Below, piece by piece: positions 28,825 through 36,413 of a stretch of DNA of 47,198 nt. Under the pieces are notes generated by a model. It saw only the letters and a program-made list of their open reading frames with translations. It was not told the DNA's origin and did no database searches. The stretch spans positions 1 to 47,198 of IMG/VR virus record IMGVR_UViG_3300033562_000166; one strand, given 5' to 3'. The stretch comes from a virus (lineage: Duplodnaviria > Caudoviricetes). The stretch's first letter is position 1. The number at the start of each line of letters is the position of its first letter. The position numbers were made by a program, and so were the translations under genes.

Positions 28825-29902
28825 CGCTAATCAGGTGGCAAGGTCTGAAGGCTACGTTCAGGCAATTAATGCTTTGTACAATCAGGCTGTTTCGGAATTC
28901 GCAAAGATGGCAGATAAGGTCAAAATAAGCCTCGACAAGCCCTTTTCGTTCTCAGACTACCCTGCTACAAAGAAACAGGCTGAAGCTGTAATCAATGTGC
29001 TATCTAACAAGATTTACGGCACAATCACAAAAGGCAGTGAGGATGCATGGCTTTATGCGTGCAAAAAGAACGATTCATTCTTGAATTCTATACTTGATAC
29101 GTCACAAGTACCGAAGGCGCGGCTTGAAAAGTTTCAAGACAAGAACCTCGACGCACTGAAGACATTCCAAACTCGTAAAGTTAACGGACTTGGTTTATCT
29201 GACCGTATTTGGAACTACACATGGCAATTAAAAACGCAAATGGAGCTTGGCATTGATATTGCATTAGGTGATGGAATGTCGGCTCAGGCATTGTCTAAGG
29301 ATTTAAGGCAATATCTTGTTGATCCTGATAAACTATTCAGGCGTGTGAGAGATAAACACGGAAACCTCGTATTATCAAAGAATGCAAAAGCATTTAATCC
29401 TGGACAAGGAAAGTATCGAAGCTCGTACAAAAATGCAATGCGTTTGACCAGGACCGAAATAAACATGGCTTATCGTGAAAGTGACCAATTGCGCTGGCAG
29501 CAACTCGACTTCGTTGTAGGGTATGAAGTAAAGCTGTCAAACAATCATACGCTCAATGGCGTGCCATTTGTGGACATTTGCGACACGCTGCAAGGGAAAT
29601 ATCCAAAAGACTTTAAGTTCGTTGGTTGGCACCCGCAATGCCGTTGTCATGCAATCCCTATCATGCAAGACCCTGACGAGTTCGACACAGACGAGCTCAA
29701 CGAACTAAAAGCGGCCATAAATGGAGCTGAATACAACAAGCTCGTTTCTAAGAATACCGTTTCGGATGTTCCAGACAGTTTTAAAAGTTGGATTGCTGAA
29801 AATGCAGAGCGTGCGCAAGGGTGGAAATCTCAGCCATTTTTTATTAAGGACAATTTCAAGGGTGGGAATATAGGTGGAGGGTTGAAGTTTGCAGTGAAAT
29901 AG
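28775..29902 (+). CDS. Minor head morphogenesis protein (MuF / SPP1 gp7-like)
   Basis: AMRLTRTEINMAY, DICD and WHPQCRC motifs. Confidence 0.88.
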   Translation: MAIRKNKKQVISLQGFDANQVARSEGYVQAINALYNQAVSEFAKMADKVKISLDKPFSFSDYPATKKQAEAVINVLSNKIYGTITKGSEDAWLYACKKNDSFLNSILDTSQVPKARLEKFQDKNLDALKTFQTRKVNGLGLSDRIWNYTWQLKTQMELGIDIALGDGMSAQALSKDLRQYLVDPDKLFRRVRDKHGNLVLSKNAKAFNPGQGKYRSSYKNAMRLTRTEINMAYRESDQLRWQQLDFVVGYEVKLSNNHTLNGVPFVDICDTLQGKYPKDFKFVGWHPQCRCHAIPIMQDPDEFDTDELNELKAAINGAEYNKLVSKNTVSDVPDSFKSWIAENAERAQGWKSQPFFIKDNFKGGNIGGGLKFAVK

Positions 29903-29997
29903 AGTATCTTTATAATGTTTGCCATTAATTGTTGCTTGGTCAAGTTCGCTATAAAAAAGCTTTTCATGTTCATTTTGGAATGATTGAACTTTCTTAC

Positions 29998-30177
29998 TCA
30001 TACAGCCATTAAAATAGATTTGACTTCGAGTTCTTCAATCATTGATTCAATTTCTGCAATCTGAATTACATTGCTTTGTGCGATGTTTGTTCTACCATGT
30101 TTTAAATTGCTTTTCAAACATTCGCGTTTTGATTTTCGATAGCTGCAAAGAGCTTTAATTAAAAGTTGTTTGTTCAT
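29998..30177 (-). CDS. Hypothetical 59-aa protein, leftmost cassette-like unit
   Basis: Translated by hand: MNKQLLIKALCSYRKSKRECLKSNLKHGRTNIAQSNVIQIAEIESMIEELEVKSILMAV; same leader motif as the other cassettes. Confidence 0.55.
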   Translation of the reverse strand: MNKQLLIKALCSYRKSKRECLKSNLKHGRTNIAQSNVIQIAEIESMIEELEVKSILMAV

Positions 30178-30223
30178 TGTTATTTGAGTTTTAAAGTAAA
30201 ATTTTAAGAAAGATAAACCGAGA

Positions 30224-30356
30224 GCCTAACATATTCTATAGGCATTTAGCAGTTTATGTGTAATTAGAAGTCTCGTAGCCCGTGCGAGCTTTTCAGTGGT
30301 GCGAAAGTGTTTCTCTCGCTAATTGCCAAAATGCCCATAGAAATATGCCGTTAGGC
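30224..30356 (+). repeat. attC-like site 1
   Basis: GCCTAAC-ATATTCTATAGGCATTT ... AAATGCCCATAGAAATAT-GCC-GTTAGGC. Confidence 0.75.
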
Positions 30357-30806
30357 ATAATTTAAAGAAAACTGAGATTTGCTCATACATTCACCGCTTA
30401 GCGTTTGGTCGAAAATAACCAAAACACACGGAAAAGGCGCAGGACTTTTACTCTCGTTGAAATTTAATCGACCTTTTACAAATCGAATTTCCGAAGCGTA
30501 TTTTAAAATTAAATCATGCCAGTATTTCGTATCGCTCCGAATAGGAATAAGATAAACACATTTAGTGGCTCTATTTGCCTTTATTTCGTCAATTCCTTTG
30601 CGTATAAAAGGCTCAATGTTGCTGTATGGTGGATTTATATAAATGTTACCGTTCCATTCAATTTGCAAGCCGTCTATTTCGCTCCGAAGCGGACATGGGT
30701 CTAAGTCAAATTTAAACTCATTTTCTAACTGTGCCATGAATTTTATTGGAGTAGCGTAATTATCGCTATCTCTCGTGCCTTGTATTTCTTTTGAAAATCG
30801 TATCAT
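30351..30806 (-). CDS. DNA N6-adenine methyltransferase (phage Dam-type)
   Basis: YATP..FDLDPC..YINPPYS..R.DTKYWH..EIRFVKGRLNF..APFP; stop codon lies inside the GTTAGGC box. Confidence 0.88.
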   Translation of the reverse strand: MIRFSKEIQGTRDSDNYATPIKFMAQLENEFKFDLDPCPLRSEIDGLQIEWNGNIYINPPYSNIEPFIRKGIDEIKANRATKCVYLIPIRSDTKYWHDLILKYASEIRFVKGRLNFNESKSPAPFPCVLVIFDQTLSGECMSKSQFSLNYA

Positions 30807-30841
30807 ATTTTGAATTTAAGGATGAAGAAAGAGTAAACTAC

Positions 30842-30972
30842 GCCTAACACACGGCTATAATCGGTAGCCTACTGTGTGCGTGTGCGAAGTTCATCTCTCG
30901 CATTAGTATTTGTTCGTTTAGTAAAGTTTTGTATCCCGTAATCGGCTACCATCATAGCCTTATTCGTTATGC
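30842..30972 (+). repeat. attC-like site 2
   Basis: GCCTAAC-ACAC-GGCTATAATCGGTAGCC ... GGCTACCATCATAGCC-TTATTC-GTTATGC; 116 bp identical to site 6. Confidence 0.8.
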
Positions 30973-31110
30973 GTTATTGTAAAAAGAAATAAGAGCCTTT
31001 ATGTTATCGACAATCTCGTTAAACTTATCAGAACGAATATAAAACGTTCTTTTGGTTGTAGGTGCTGACTTTTTACGACCAGCACCTTCTCTTTTTCCGC
31101 CACTACTCAT
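30967..31110 (-). CDS. 47-aa putative DNA-binding protein
   Basis: MSSGGKREGAGRKKSAPTTKRTFYIRSDKFNEIVDNIKALISFYNNA; overlaps the upstream stop; its own stop lies in the attC box. Confidence 0.65.
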   Translation of the reverse strand: MSSGGKREGAGRKKSAPTTKRTFYIRSDKFNEIVDNIKALISFYNNA

Positions 31111-31588
31111 TTGCCGGTAGCATTAATTTTGCAACATTTTCATTCAACATGCCGTTTTCATGTAGCTTGTTTATAATTTGAGTAGCAAACATTAAATCAT
31201 ATCTTTCTTTCAGCTCTTTCGATAATTTATCAGAAAGTTGTTTTGTTTGATTATTCAAAAACTCTTTCAATCGGTTATCCGATAAATGCGCTTTTTGCAA
31301 TTCTTCGTTAATCCATTCTGAAATAGTAATCATTTCCCCAGAATAACCTTTTTTTACTTTTGAATCAACAATAGCTCTTTCCATTTCGTTGGTTATAAAA
31401 GCTTCCTTTTGCTTTTCAACTTCCGCTTTAACAGCGTTATTAAATTCAACTCCGATTTTCTCTTTCCATTCCGCTACAATCTGATTTTTTACTTGATACG
31501 AAATTGAATCTTTAATTTGAGATGAGAAATCTCTTTCATCTTCTTCTGAATAAAATTCAGACAAATCTACTGTTACATTGATTTTCAT
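31103..31588 (-). CDS. Hypothetical helical protein (cassette cargo)
   Basis: 161-aa ORF; promoter box TACATTTG at 31626-31633. Confidence 0.7.
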   Translation of the reverse strand: MKINVTVDLSEFYSEEDERDFSSQIKDSISYQVKNQIVAEWKEKIGVEFNNAVKAEVEKQKEAFITNEMERAIVDSKVKKGYSGEMITISEWINEELQKAHLSDNRLKEFLNNQTKQLSDKLSKELKERYDLMFATQIINKLHENGMLNENVAKLMLPANE

Positions 31589-31706
31589 AATAATTTGTTT
31601 TATATGTTTATAATTTAATACTCAGCAAATGTAATATATTATTTTGAATTATATCTACTTTAATCAAAAGAAATAACAATCTTTAACAAAGAAAGATACA
31701 ACAAAC

Positions 31707-31798
31707 GCATAACACATAAATATGTGCTACACGGCTGAAAAGGTATTTGTAATTCGAAACATTTGCGCAGCCGTGCGCCCATATTTCGGTCGTTATCA
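31707..31798 (+). repeat. attC-like site 3
   Basis: GCATAAC-ACAT-AAATATGTGCTACACGGCTG ... CAGCCGTGCGCCCATATTT-CGGTC-GTTATCA. Confidence 0.75.
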
Positions 31799-32197
31799 TT
31801 CAGTTGAAGAAAAAACCAATTCTTCGCCACAAAGAGAAAAGAAAAGATTTTGCAACTGATGTATAAATTGCAATTCAGCGATAACGAAATCATTGTATTT
31901 AAAATAAATAACTCCACTATCAGTTATTTTAATTGAAAAAGAGCCTTTACAGTATGTATTTTTAAATTTTACGTGTTTAAAGAATCCTAAATTTAAAATC
32001 CGTTCTTTTGTTAGCTGAATAGGATTTATTTTATCAAATTCAGTGTCATACATAGCATCACCAACTGATGTTATGATTTTTATTTCGTCAGTATTCCAAT
32101 CTGATAATTCTTTAGATTGTATTTGTTCAACTTGAACTATTATGTTTTCATCGTCATAAACATAATTTTTAATTCTTAACTCATTTGCTTTAATCAT
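31796..32197 (-). CDS. Phage hypothetical protein (cassette cargo)
   Basis: KANELRIKNYV..PIQLT..FIHQLQNLFFSLCGEEL, a pattern common in Bacteroidota phages; stop in the attC box. Confidence 0.72.
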   Translation of the reverse strand: MIKANELRIKNYVYDDENIIVQVEQIQSKELSDWNTDEIKIITSVGDAMYDTEFDKINPIQLTKERILNLGFFKHVKFKNTYCKGSFSIKITDSGVIYFKYNDFVIAELQFIHQLQNLFFSLCGEELVFSSTE

Positions 32198-32247
32198 AAT
32201 TGTAATTGTATTTTGAAAATTTATAAATCGAAAAGAAACAACCGAAA

Positions 32248-32380
32248 TGATAACATCTAACTATTGGCAGTTGTCTACTTCATCGCTCTTAGAAGTAGCA
32301 TCACCCGCTCGAACTGCATCGGTTTATTGCAGTGAAGTTCACCGCATTTCGCCAATTGCCCATAGTAGCGACCGTTATGG
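32248..32380 (+). repeat. attC-like site 4
   Basis: TGATAAC-ATCTA-ACTATTGGCAGTTG ... CAATTGCCCATAGT-AGCGACC-GTTATGG. Confidence 0.72.
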
Positions 32381-32399
32381 GCAGCCGCAAAAAAGATGG

Positions 32400-32723
32400 T
32401 TAACAGCTAAATGGAACTTTTATAAAAATATCTCCAACAGTTGCAAAAACAAAACCGTCATAAGAATCACCTTCCATATTCGTACACCATTGTTCAACAA
32501 ATATGTCTTTGAATATTCCGTAATTTTCGTCTTGTCTAATACCTTCTATTTTTTCGACAATTTCAATTTTACCAATAATGTTGCAATCATACATCATTTC
32601 TTTAAAGTCTTTTCTATCGTCTTCTGTGTATTTCGATAGAAATTCTTCATTATGTTGATAAATAGCATTTTCATATGCTTCTTGTTTATCGTAAGCCTCT
32701 TTGTAATTTGATTCTGTTATCAT
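32400..32723 (-). CDS. Acidic hypothetical protein (cassette cargo, 107 aa)
   Basis: ATG at 32723 (MITESNY) preferred because the longer start would lie inside attC site 5. Confidence 0.68.
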   Translation of the reverse strand: MITESNYKEAYDKQEAYENAIYQHNEEFLSKYTEDDRKDFKEMMYDCNIIGKIEIVEKIEGIRQDENYGIFKDIFVEQWCTNMEGDSYDGFVFATVGDIFIKVPFSC

Positions 32724-32761
32724 ATTTTTATTTTTAAAGATTAAGAAAGAAAACGGTATGC

Positions 32762-32838
32762 CCATAACACACACCTATCATTTTGGCTCAAATGCTCCTA
32801 AATCAAAGAGCCAAAATCATAGCTGCGCCATGTTATAA
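32762..32838 (+). repeat. attC-like site 5
   Basis: CCATAAC-ACACAC-CTATCATTTTGGCTC ... GAGCCAAAATCATAG-CTGCGCCAT-GTTATAA. Confidence 0.75.
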
Positions 32839-32864
32839 GCATCCGTAAAAAAAATCCGTGCGGG

Positions 32865-33716
32865 TTAAAGTCCGCAGTATTCTGAATCACATTCTGTAAA
32901 GTCCTCAAAATTGAGTTCTTGTTGAAATTTATATTTTCTAATACGGTCATAAGTAATTCCATTTTTAAATGTTCTTGTTGCATATCCTGTATTCATTTCT
33001 TGTTTTGCAAACCAATCATATTTTGCTGGGTGCATTTGGCTCATAAGATTTAATAAAATTTCATTCCTATGAAAACACCCGATACAATTATTCATGTAAG
33101 CAAATCGGACTGGTTTATCTTTCCAAAATTCAACAACATTATCTTTGAAAATTCCGTCTTTTATCAGTGGATATTCTTGCTTTTGCCATTCAATTTCTTT
33201 CCATTTTTTACGCCCATTTTTTGAATATCCAACAATATCTTTAAAAGTATTAAACCCATTTTTACTTTGCTTTGAAATTGAATTAACAGCCCTTCTTGTT
33301 TCGTTTGCCCTATATCCTATTCTCATTTCAATAGGTTCGCTAAAGTTGTTTTTCCACCAGTTATAAAGTGGAACTAACTTCATGTCAGTGGTGCAAAATC
33401 TTTGAGTTACATTTGGCAAATAGTGTTTTCCGTTTCTGTCTGTTATCTCGTCAAATGTTTTACCTGTAACCCATTCTATTTTTTGTCCTATATATTGCTC
33501 TAAATCAAGCATTGTATTAATTATCATATCGTCTTCAAGCGTTCCGATAAATTCAACTCCTATTTTATCCGAAACTATTTGTCGTACTTTTTCGTCTGGG
33601 TACAAACAATTAATATCTGAAGTGCGAACTAAAGCAAATACATTAAAATCTGCTGGATAGTTTGCTGCTATGTAGCTGCTTGTTTGTCCTCCCGATAAGC
33701 TATTTACTGTAATCAT
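32865..33716 (-). CDS. PAPS-reductase-like (PP-loop) protein with Cys clusters
   Basis: SLSGGQTSSY, RFCT..MK, IGYRANETRRA, NCIGCF and terminal CDSEYCGL. Confidence 0.78.
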   Translation of the reverse strand: MITVNSLSGGQTSSYIAANYPADFNVFALVRTSDINCLYPDEKVRQIVSDKIGVEFIGTLEDDMIINTMLDLEQYIGQKIEWVTGKTFDEITDRNGKHYLPNVTQRFCTTDMKLVPLYNWWKNNFSEPIEMRIGYRANETRRAVNSISKQSKNGFNTFKDIVGYSKNGRKKWKEIEWQKQEYPLIKDGIFKDNVVEFWKDKPVRFAYMNNCIGCFHRNEILLNLMSQMHPAKYDWFAKQEMNTGYATRTFKNGITYDRIRKYKFQQELNFEDFTECDSEYCGL

Positions 33717-33757
33717 ATTGTAATTTTAAAGATGAATATAAGAAAGAAACGGTATGC

Positions 33758-33888
33758 TTATAACACACGGCTATAATCGGTAGCCTACTGTGTGCGTGTG
33801 CGAAGTTCATCTCTCGCATTAGTATTTGTTCGTTTAGTAAAGTTTTGTATCCCGTAATCGGCTACCATCATAGCCTCGGTCGTTAGGC
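33758..33888 (+). repeat. attC-like site 6
   Basis: TTATAAC ... GTTAGGC; 33761-33876 identical to 30845-30960. Confidence 0.8.
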
Positions 33889-33894
33889 TCCATG

Positions 33895-34257
33895 CTATAA
33901 AAGAAGACGTTTATTTACACGCTCGACTGAAATCCAATCATTTTCTATTGCCTTTATCAGTTTTGCGGCGAGAGCGTCCGAAAATGTTTCATAACAAACT
34001 ACATCATTATTTACAGCACTTCCAGAATAAAATCTATTGTGTTTTTCGTCAAATTCAATAGCGTAAGTGTTTCCGCACATTTGAACTAATTCAGCGCAAG
34101 TATAAGCCGAAGTTGGGTTTCCTGTAAAATCAATACTCTTTTTTGGCATTACGCCCCATTTTGAATGAGTGTGATAAAAAAGCGAATTTTGCTCAACTCC
34201 TAAATCCTTTAAAATTTCTGCATATTCTAAATTGCAGCATTGTTTTTCTAATTGCAT
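33895..34257 (-). CDS. Hypothetical protein (promoter-proximal cassette)
   Basis: LEKQCCNLEYAEILKDLGVEQNSLFY..SAYTCAEL; cassette leader motif at 34284-34308. Confidence 0.7.
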   Translation of the reverse strand: MQLEKQCCNLEYAEILKDLGVEQNSLFYHTHSKWGVMPKKSIDFTGNPTSAYTCAELVQMCGNTYAIEFDEKHNRFYSGSAVNNDVVCYETFSDALAAKLIKAIENDWISVERVNKRLLL

Positions 34258-34319
34258 ATTGTTTGATTTAAAAAGTGAAAACTAAGAAAGAAAAGCACGA
34301 TAGCTAATTTATTTTAAGA

Positions 34320-34346
34320 GTATTACAGTGATACGGTGCAAATTTA
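34320..34346 (-). promoter_or_regulatory. Operator GTATTACAGTGATAC plus promoter TAAATTTG driving the cassette array
   Basis: Palindrome 34320-34334; CAAATTTA at 34339-34346. Confidence 0.7.
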
Positions 34347-34411
34347 CTAGTATATTGAATATAAACGATATTTGTAGTGTTAAATAAGTCGATTTTAATG
34401 TATAAAAAAGA

Positions 34412-34699
34412 TTAAATTACTCGAAGTATTCGGACAGGATTCTTTCGACCTGTTGGCTTCCTGTCTAGTATTCCCTCTCTTATAGTCACACAGCCGTTTT
34501 TGAATGGCCTCTCGTTGCTTATCTTTGCTTTGTAAAGCATTTGACGTGATGTTCCAATTTTGGATGAATCGAAGCTTTCTGTTTCGAAAATGGCAGCTAT
34601 CGAGCCGAAATAAAAGTGCTTTCCTTCAGGATTCTCGGATGTTGGCTGTAGGTGGGAGTCGGCGAACTCGACATGTATTACTTTGTTTTTTATTTTCAT
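34412..34699 (-). CDS. Hypothetical basic protein (95 aa)
   Basis: MKIKNKVIHVEF..HFYFGSIAAIF; start at 34699 lies downstream of the terminator. Confidence 0.62.
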   Translation of the reverse strand: MKIKNKVIHVEFADSHLQPTSENPEGKHFYFGSIAAIFETESFDSSKIGTSRQMLYKAKISNERPFKNGCVTIREGILDRKPTGRKNPVRILRVI

Positions 34700-34718
34700 T
34701 GCATTTCGTTTTAATCTT

Positions 34719-34754
34719 AAAAAAATCGGGGGAAAATCCACTAACCCCCGATTT
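34719..34754 (-). terminator. Intrinsic terminator
   Basis: AAATCGGGGG / CCCCCGATTT stem with an A-tract on the left (U-tract on the minus strand). Confidence 0.65.
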
Positions 34755-34837
34755 GCTTTAAATTGAATAGTAAAAATTAGCGGACTCACACCGCACGCTG
34801 TCCTTTGCAGCGGCATTTGGTTAATTAATTGATTGAT

Positions 34838-36289
34838 TTATTTTCTTGCCTTACGGCCTTTAGTGGTGTGAACCACCATGTTTTTCCATCCTTTTATTTC
34901 GGCAACTCGTTGGTTGAATTTACGCCATAAATCTTCGTCTATGAATTCAAAATGCATTGAGCCTTTTTTATGCCCTTTAACACGGAAAAATTTCCATTCG
35001 TGCCACTCTCCATACAGGTAGTAGGTTTTATTAAATTTGCCTCGAAGAGTTTCGTCGTAGTTTGAATCGTATTTTTCGCCAGTTAGAAAGCAAAGAGCCT
35101 TGATAATATCTTCTACTTGGTCGGAATAGCGATAATTTATTTTTACATGATCGCTTGGCCATCGTGAATCGTAGTCACAAACACATGGCAAAATGAACTT
35201 TTTCTTAATGAGAAAATCAGTGTTGGTTCGCCAACCCTCTCCGGCCGTGCTATTCTCGTAACTGAATGAGCATATCTTACCGAAAGCCTCGACGAGTACC
35301 TGGTCCATGCGTTGGCCGTGAGTTCCGGCAATCATCTGAACCATTAAGTACACATTTTTCACAGTGAAAGGAACGTGAATTTGCTGCTCAACAAACTTGT
35401 TAATGTTGGCCATTACACCTGTTGTCATGTACTTATCCATTTTCATAAGGCTAAACAGATGCTTCCAAGCTGCTTTTTGAAGTTCTTTTTTGAAAGTTTG
35501 TCTGTCGATTTCCTTGTACTCGTTATCTCGACCCGACTGTTTAGCACCAAATTTTATATTGAAGTTTGGTAGCACGCCCGAAATTGCGGTATTAATCCGC
35601 TTGTTTGCTGCTTCCACCTCGTCGAACATACTTACAGCTTCAACGTAGCGTGAAACTATGTCCTGCACAAAATCATAGCGTACTACACCCGAACCGTTAA
35701 TCTCGTCCTGTTCGTAATCATACAAGTCAAAATATCCTTCGAATTCGTTTTCTCCAGAACCTGGTTTATGAAGCCAAACGCAACCAATTGAAATGCCTGT
35801 TTCGCGTTCGGCCTTGTCGAAGCACTTGCCGAAGTTTTCTGAACGTCCAAAGCCTTTGATTATTTCGCCGATACTCTCACGCTTACGCATGTAGCGATTT
35901 TCAAGCATGGTAGCGTTGCACAGTGAGATGATTTGACAGCCTGACGGTGCAATATCCCACGCGTGTAAAAGGTGCTCTTCTTGCTTGCTAAAAGGTGGGT
36001 TCATGATGATTAAATCGATGTGTGAAATACGATCGGCTGTGAGGTCGAGAAAATCATTTTCGATGATGTGGCATTTTGTTGAAAGAACTTGTCGAAGCCG
36101 TGGTGAAATTTCACACGCAATTACTTCTTTTGCTCCCATCTGTTGACAGTAGTCAACTATCGACCCGAACCCTGCTTCAGGTTCGAGAATAACTTTGTTT
36201 GCTACCATTACACCCGAAAGCATCTTTTCGATCACTTCCGTTGGTGTTGGGTATAGGTCGGAATCCGACCATTGATTGAATGAACTCAT
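34838..36289 (-). CDS. Adenine methyltransferase-like protein with DUF4942-type C-terminus
   Basis: DLYPTP, ILEPEAGFGSI (motif I), IIMNPPF (motif IV), GEGWRTN..KKFILP, KKGSMHFEF. Confidence 0.82.
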   Translation of the reverse strand: MSSFNQWSDSDLYPTPTEVIEKMLSGVMVANKVILEPEAGFGSIVDYCQQMGAKEVIACEISPRLRQVLSTKCHIIENDFLDLTADRISHIDLIIMNPPFSKQEEHLLHAWDIAPSGCQIISLCNATMLENRYMRKRESIGEIIKGFGRSENFGKCFDKAERETGISIGCVWLHKPGSGENEFEGYFDLYDYEQDEINGSGVVRYDFVQDIVSRYVEAVSMFDEVEAANKRINTAISGVLPNFNIKFGAKQSGRDNEYKEIDRQTFKKELQKAAWKHLFSLMKMDKYMTTGVMANINKFVEQQIHVPFTVKNVYLMVQMIAGTHGQRMDQVLVEAFGKICSFSYENSTAGEGWRTNTDFLIKKKFILPCVCDYDSRWPSDHVKINYRYSDQVEDIIKALCFLTGEKYDSNYDETLRGKFNKTYYLYGEWHEWKFFRVKGHKKGSMHFEFIDEDLWRKFNQRVAEIKGWKNMVVHTTKGRKARK

Positions 36290-36319
36290 AATAATGTTGC
36301 GGTATTTAATTGTTAGAAC

Positions 36320-36413
36320 GTATCAGAGTGATACAGTGCAAAAATAGTAATTCTATTCAATACAATAGCAATTTATACTATTAAAAAAGATTAAAAAAGT
36401 ATCACGCTGATAC
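36320..36413 (-). promoter_or_regulatory. Two operators flanking promoter TATTTTTG
   Basis: GTATCAGAGTGATAC 36320-36334, CAAAAATA 36339-36346, GTATCACGCTGATAC 36399-36413. Confidence 0.7.

Larger units (their letters stand above)
30224..33888 (+). mobile_element. Array of integron-like gene cassettes lacking an integrase (CALIN-like)
   Basis: Six imperfect palindromes of 77-133 bp, each bounded by nnnTAAC and GTTAnnn, separating 1-2 ORFs each. Confidence 0.75.

Noticed and set aside
32247-32639. 130-aa plus-strand ORF (also 31660-31917 and 32798-32983)
   Set aside because: These read through attC-like palindromes or overlap better ORFs and have no recognisable motifs
30224-33888. CRISPR array or simple terminators
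   Set aside because: Units are 77-133 bp, mostly non-identical, separated by whole genes and lack U-tracts; the TAAC/GTTA boxes fit attC better
34780-34816. Two small GC hairpins after the DUF4942 gene as an ncRNA
   Set aside because: Stems are 4 bp with no promoter; too weak to call without covariation data
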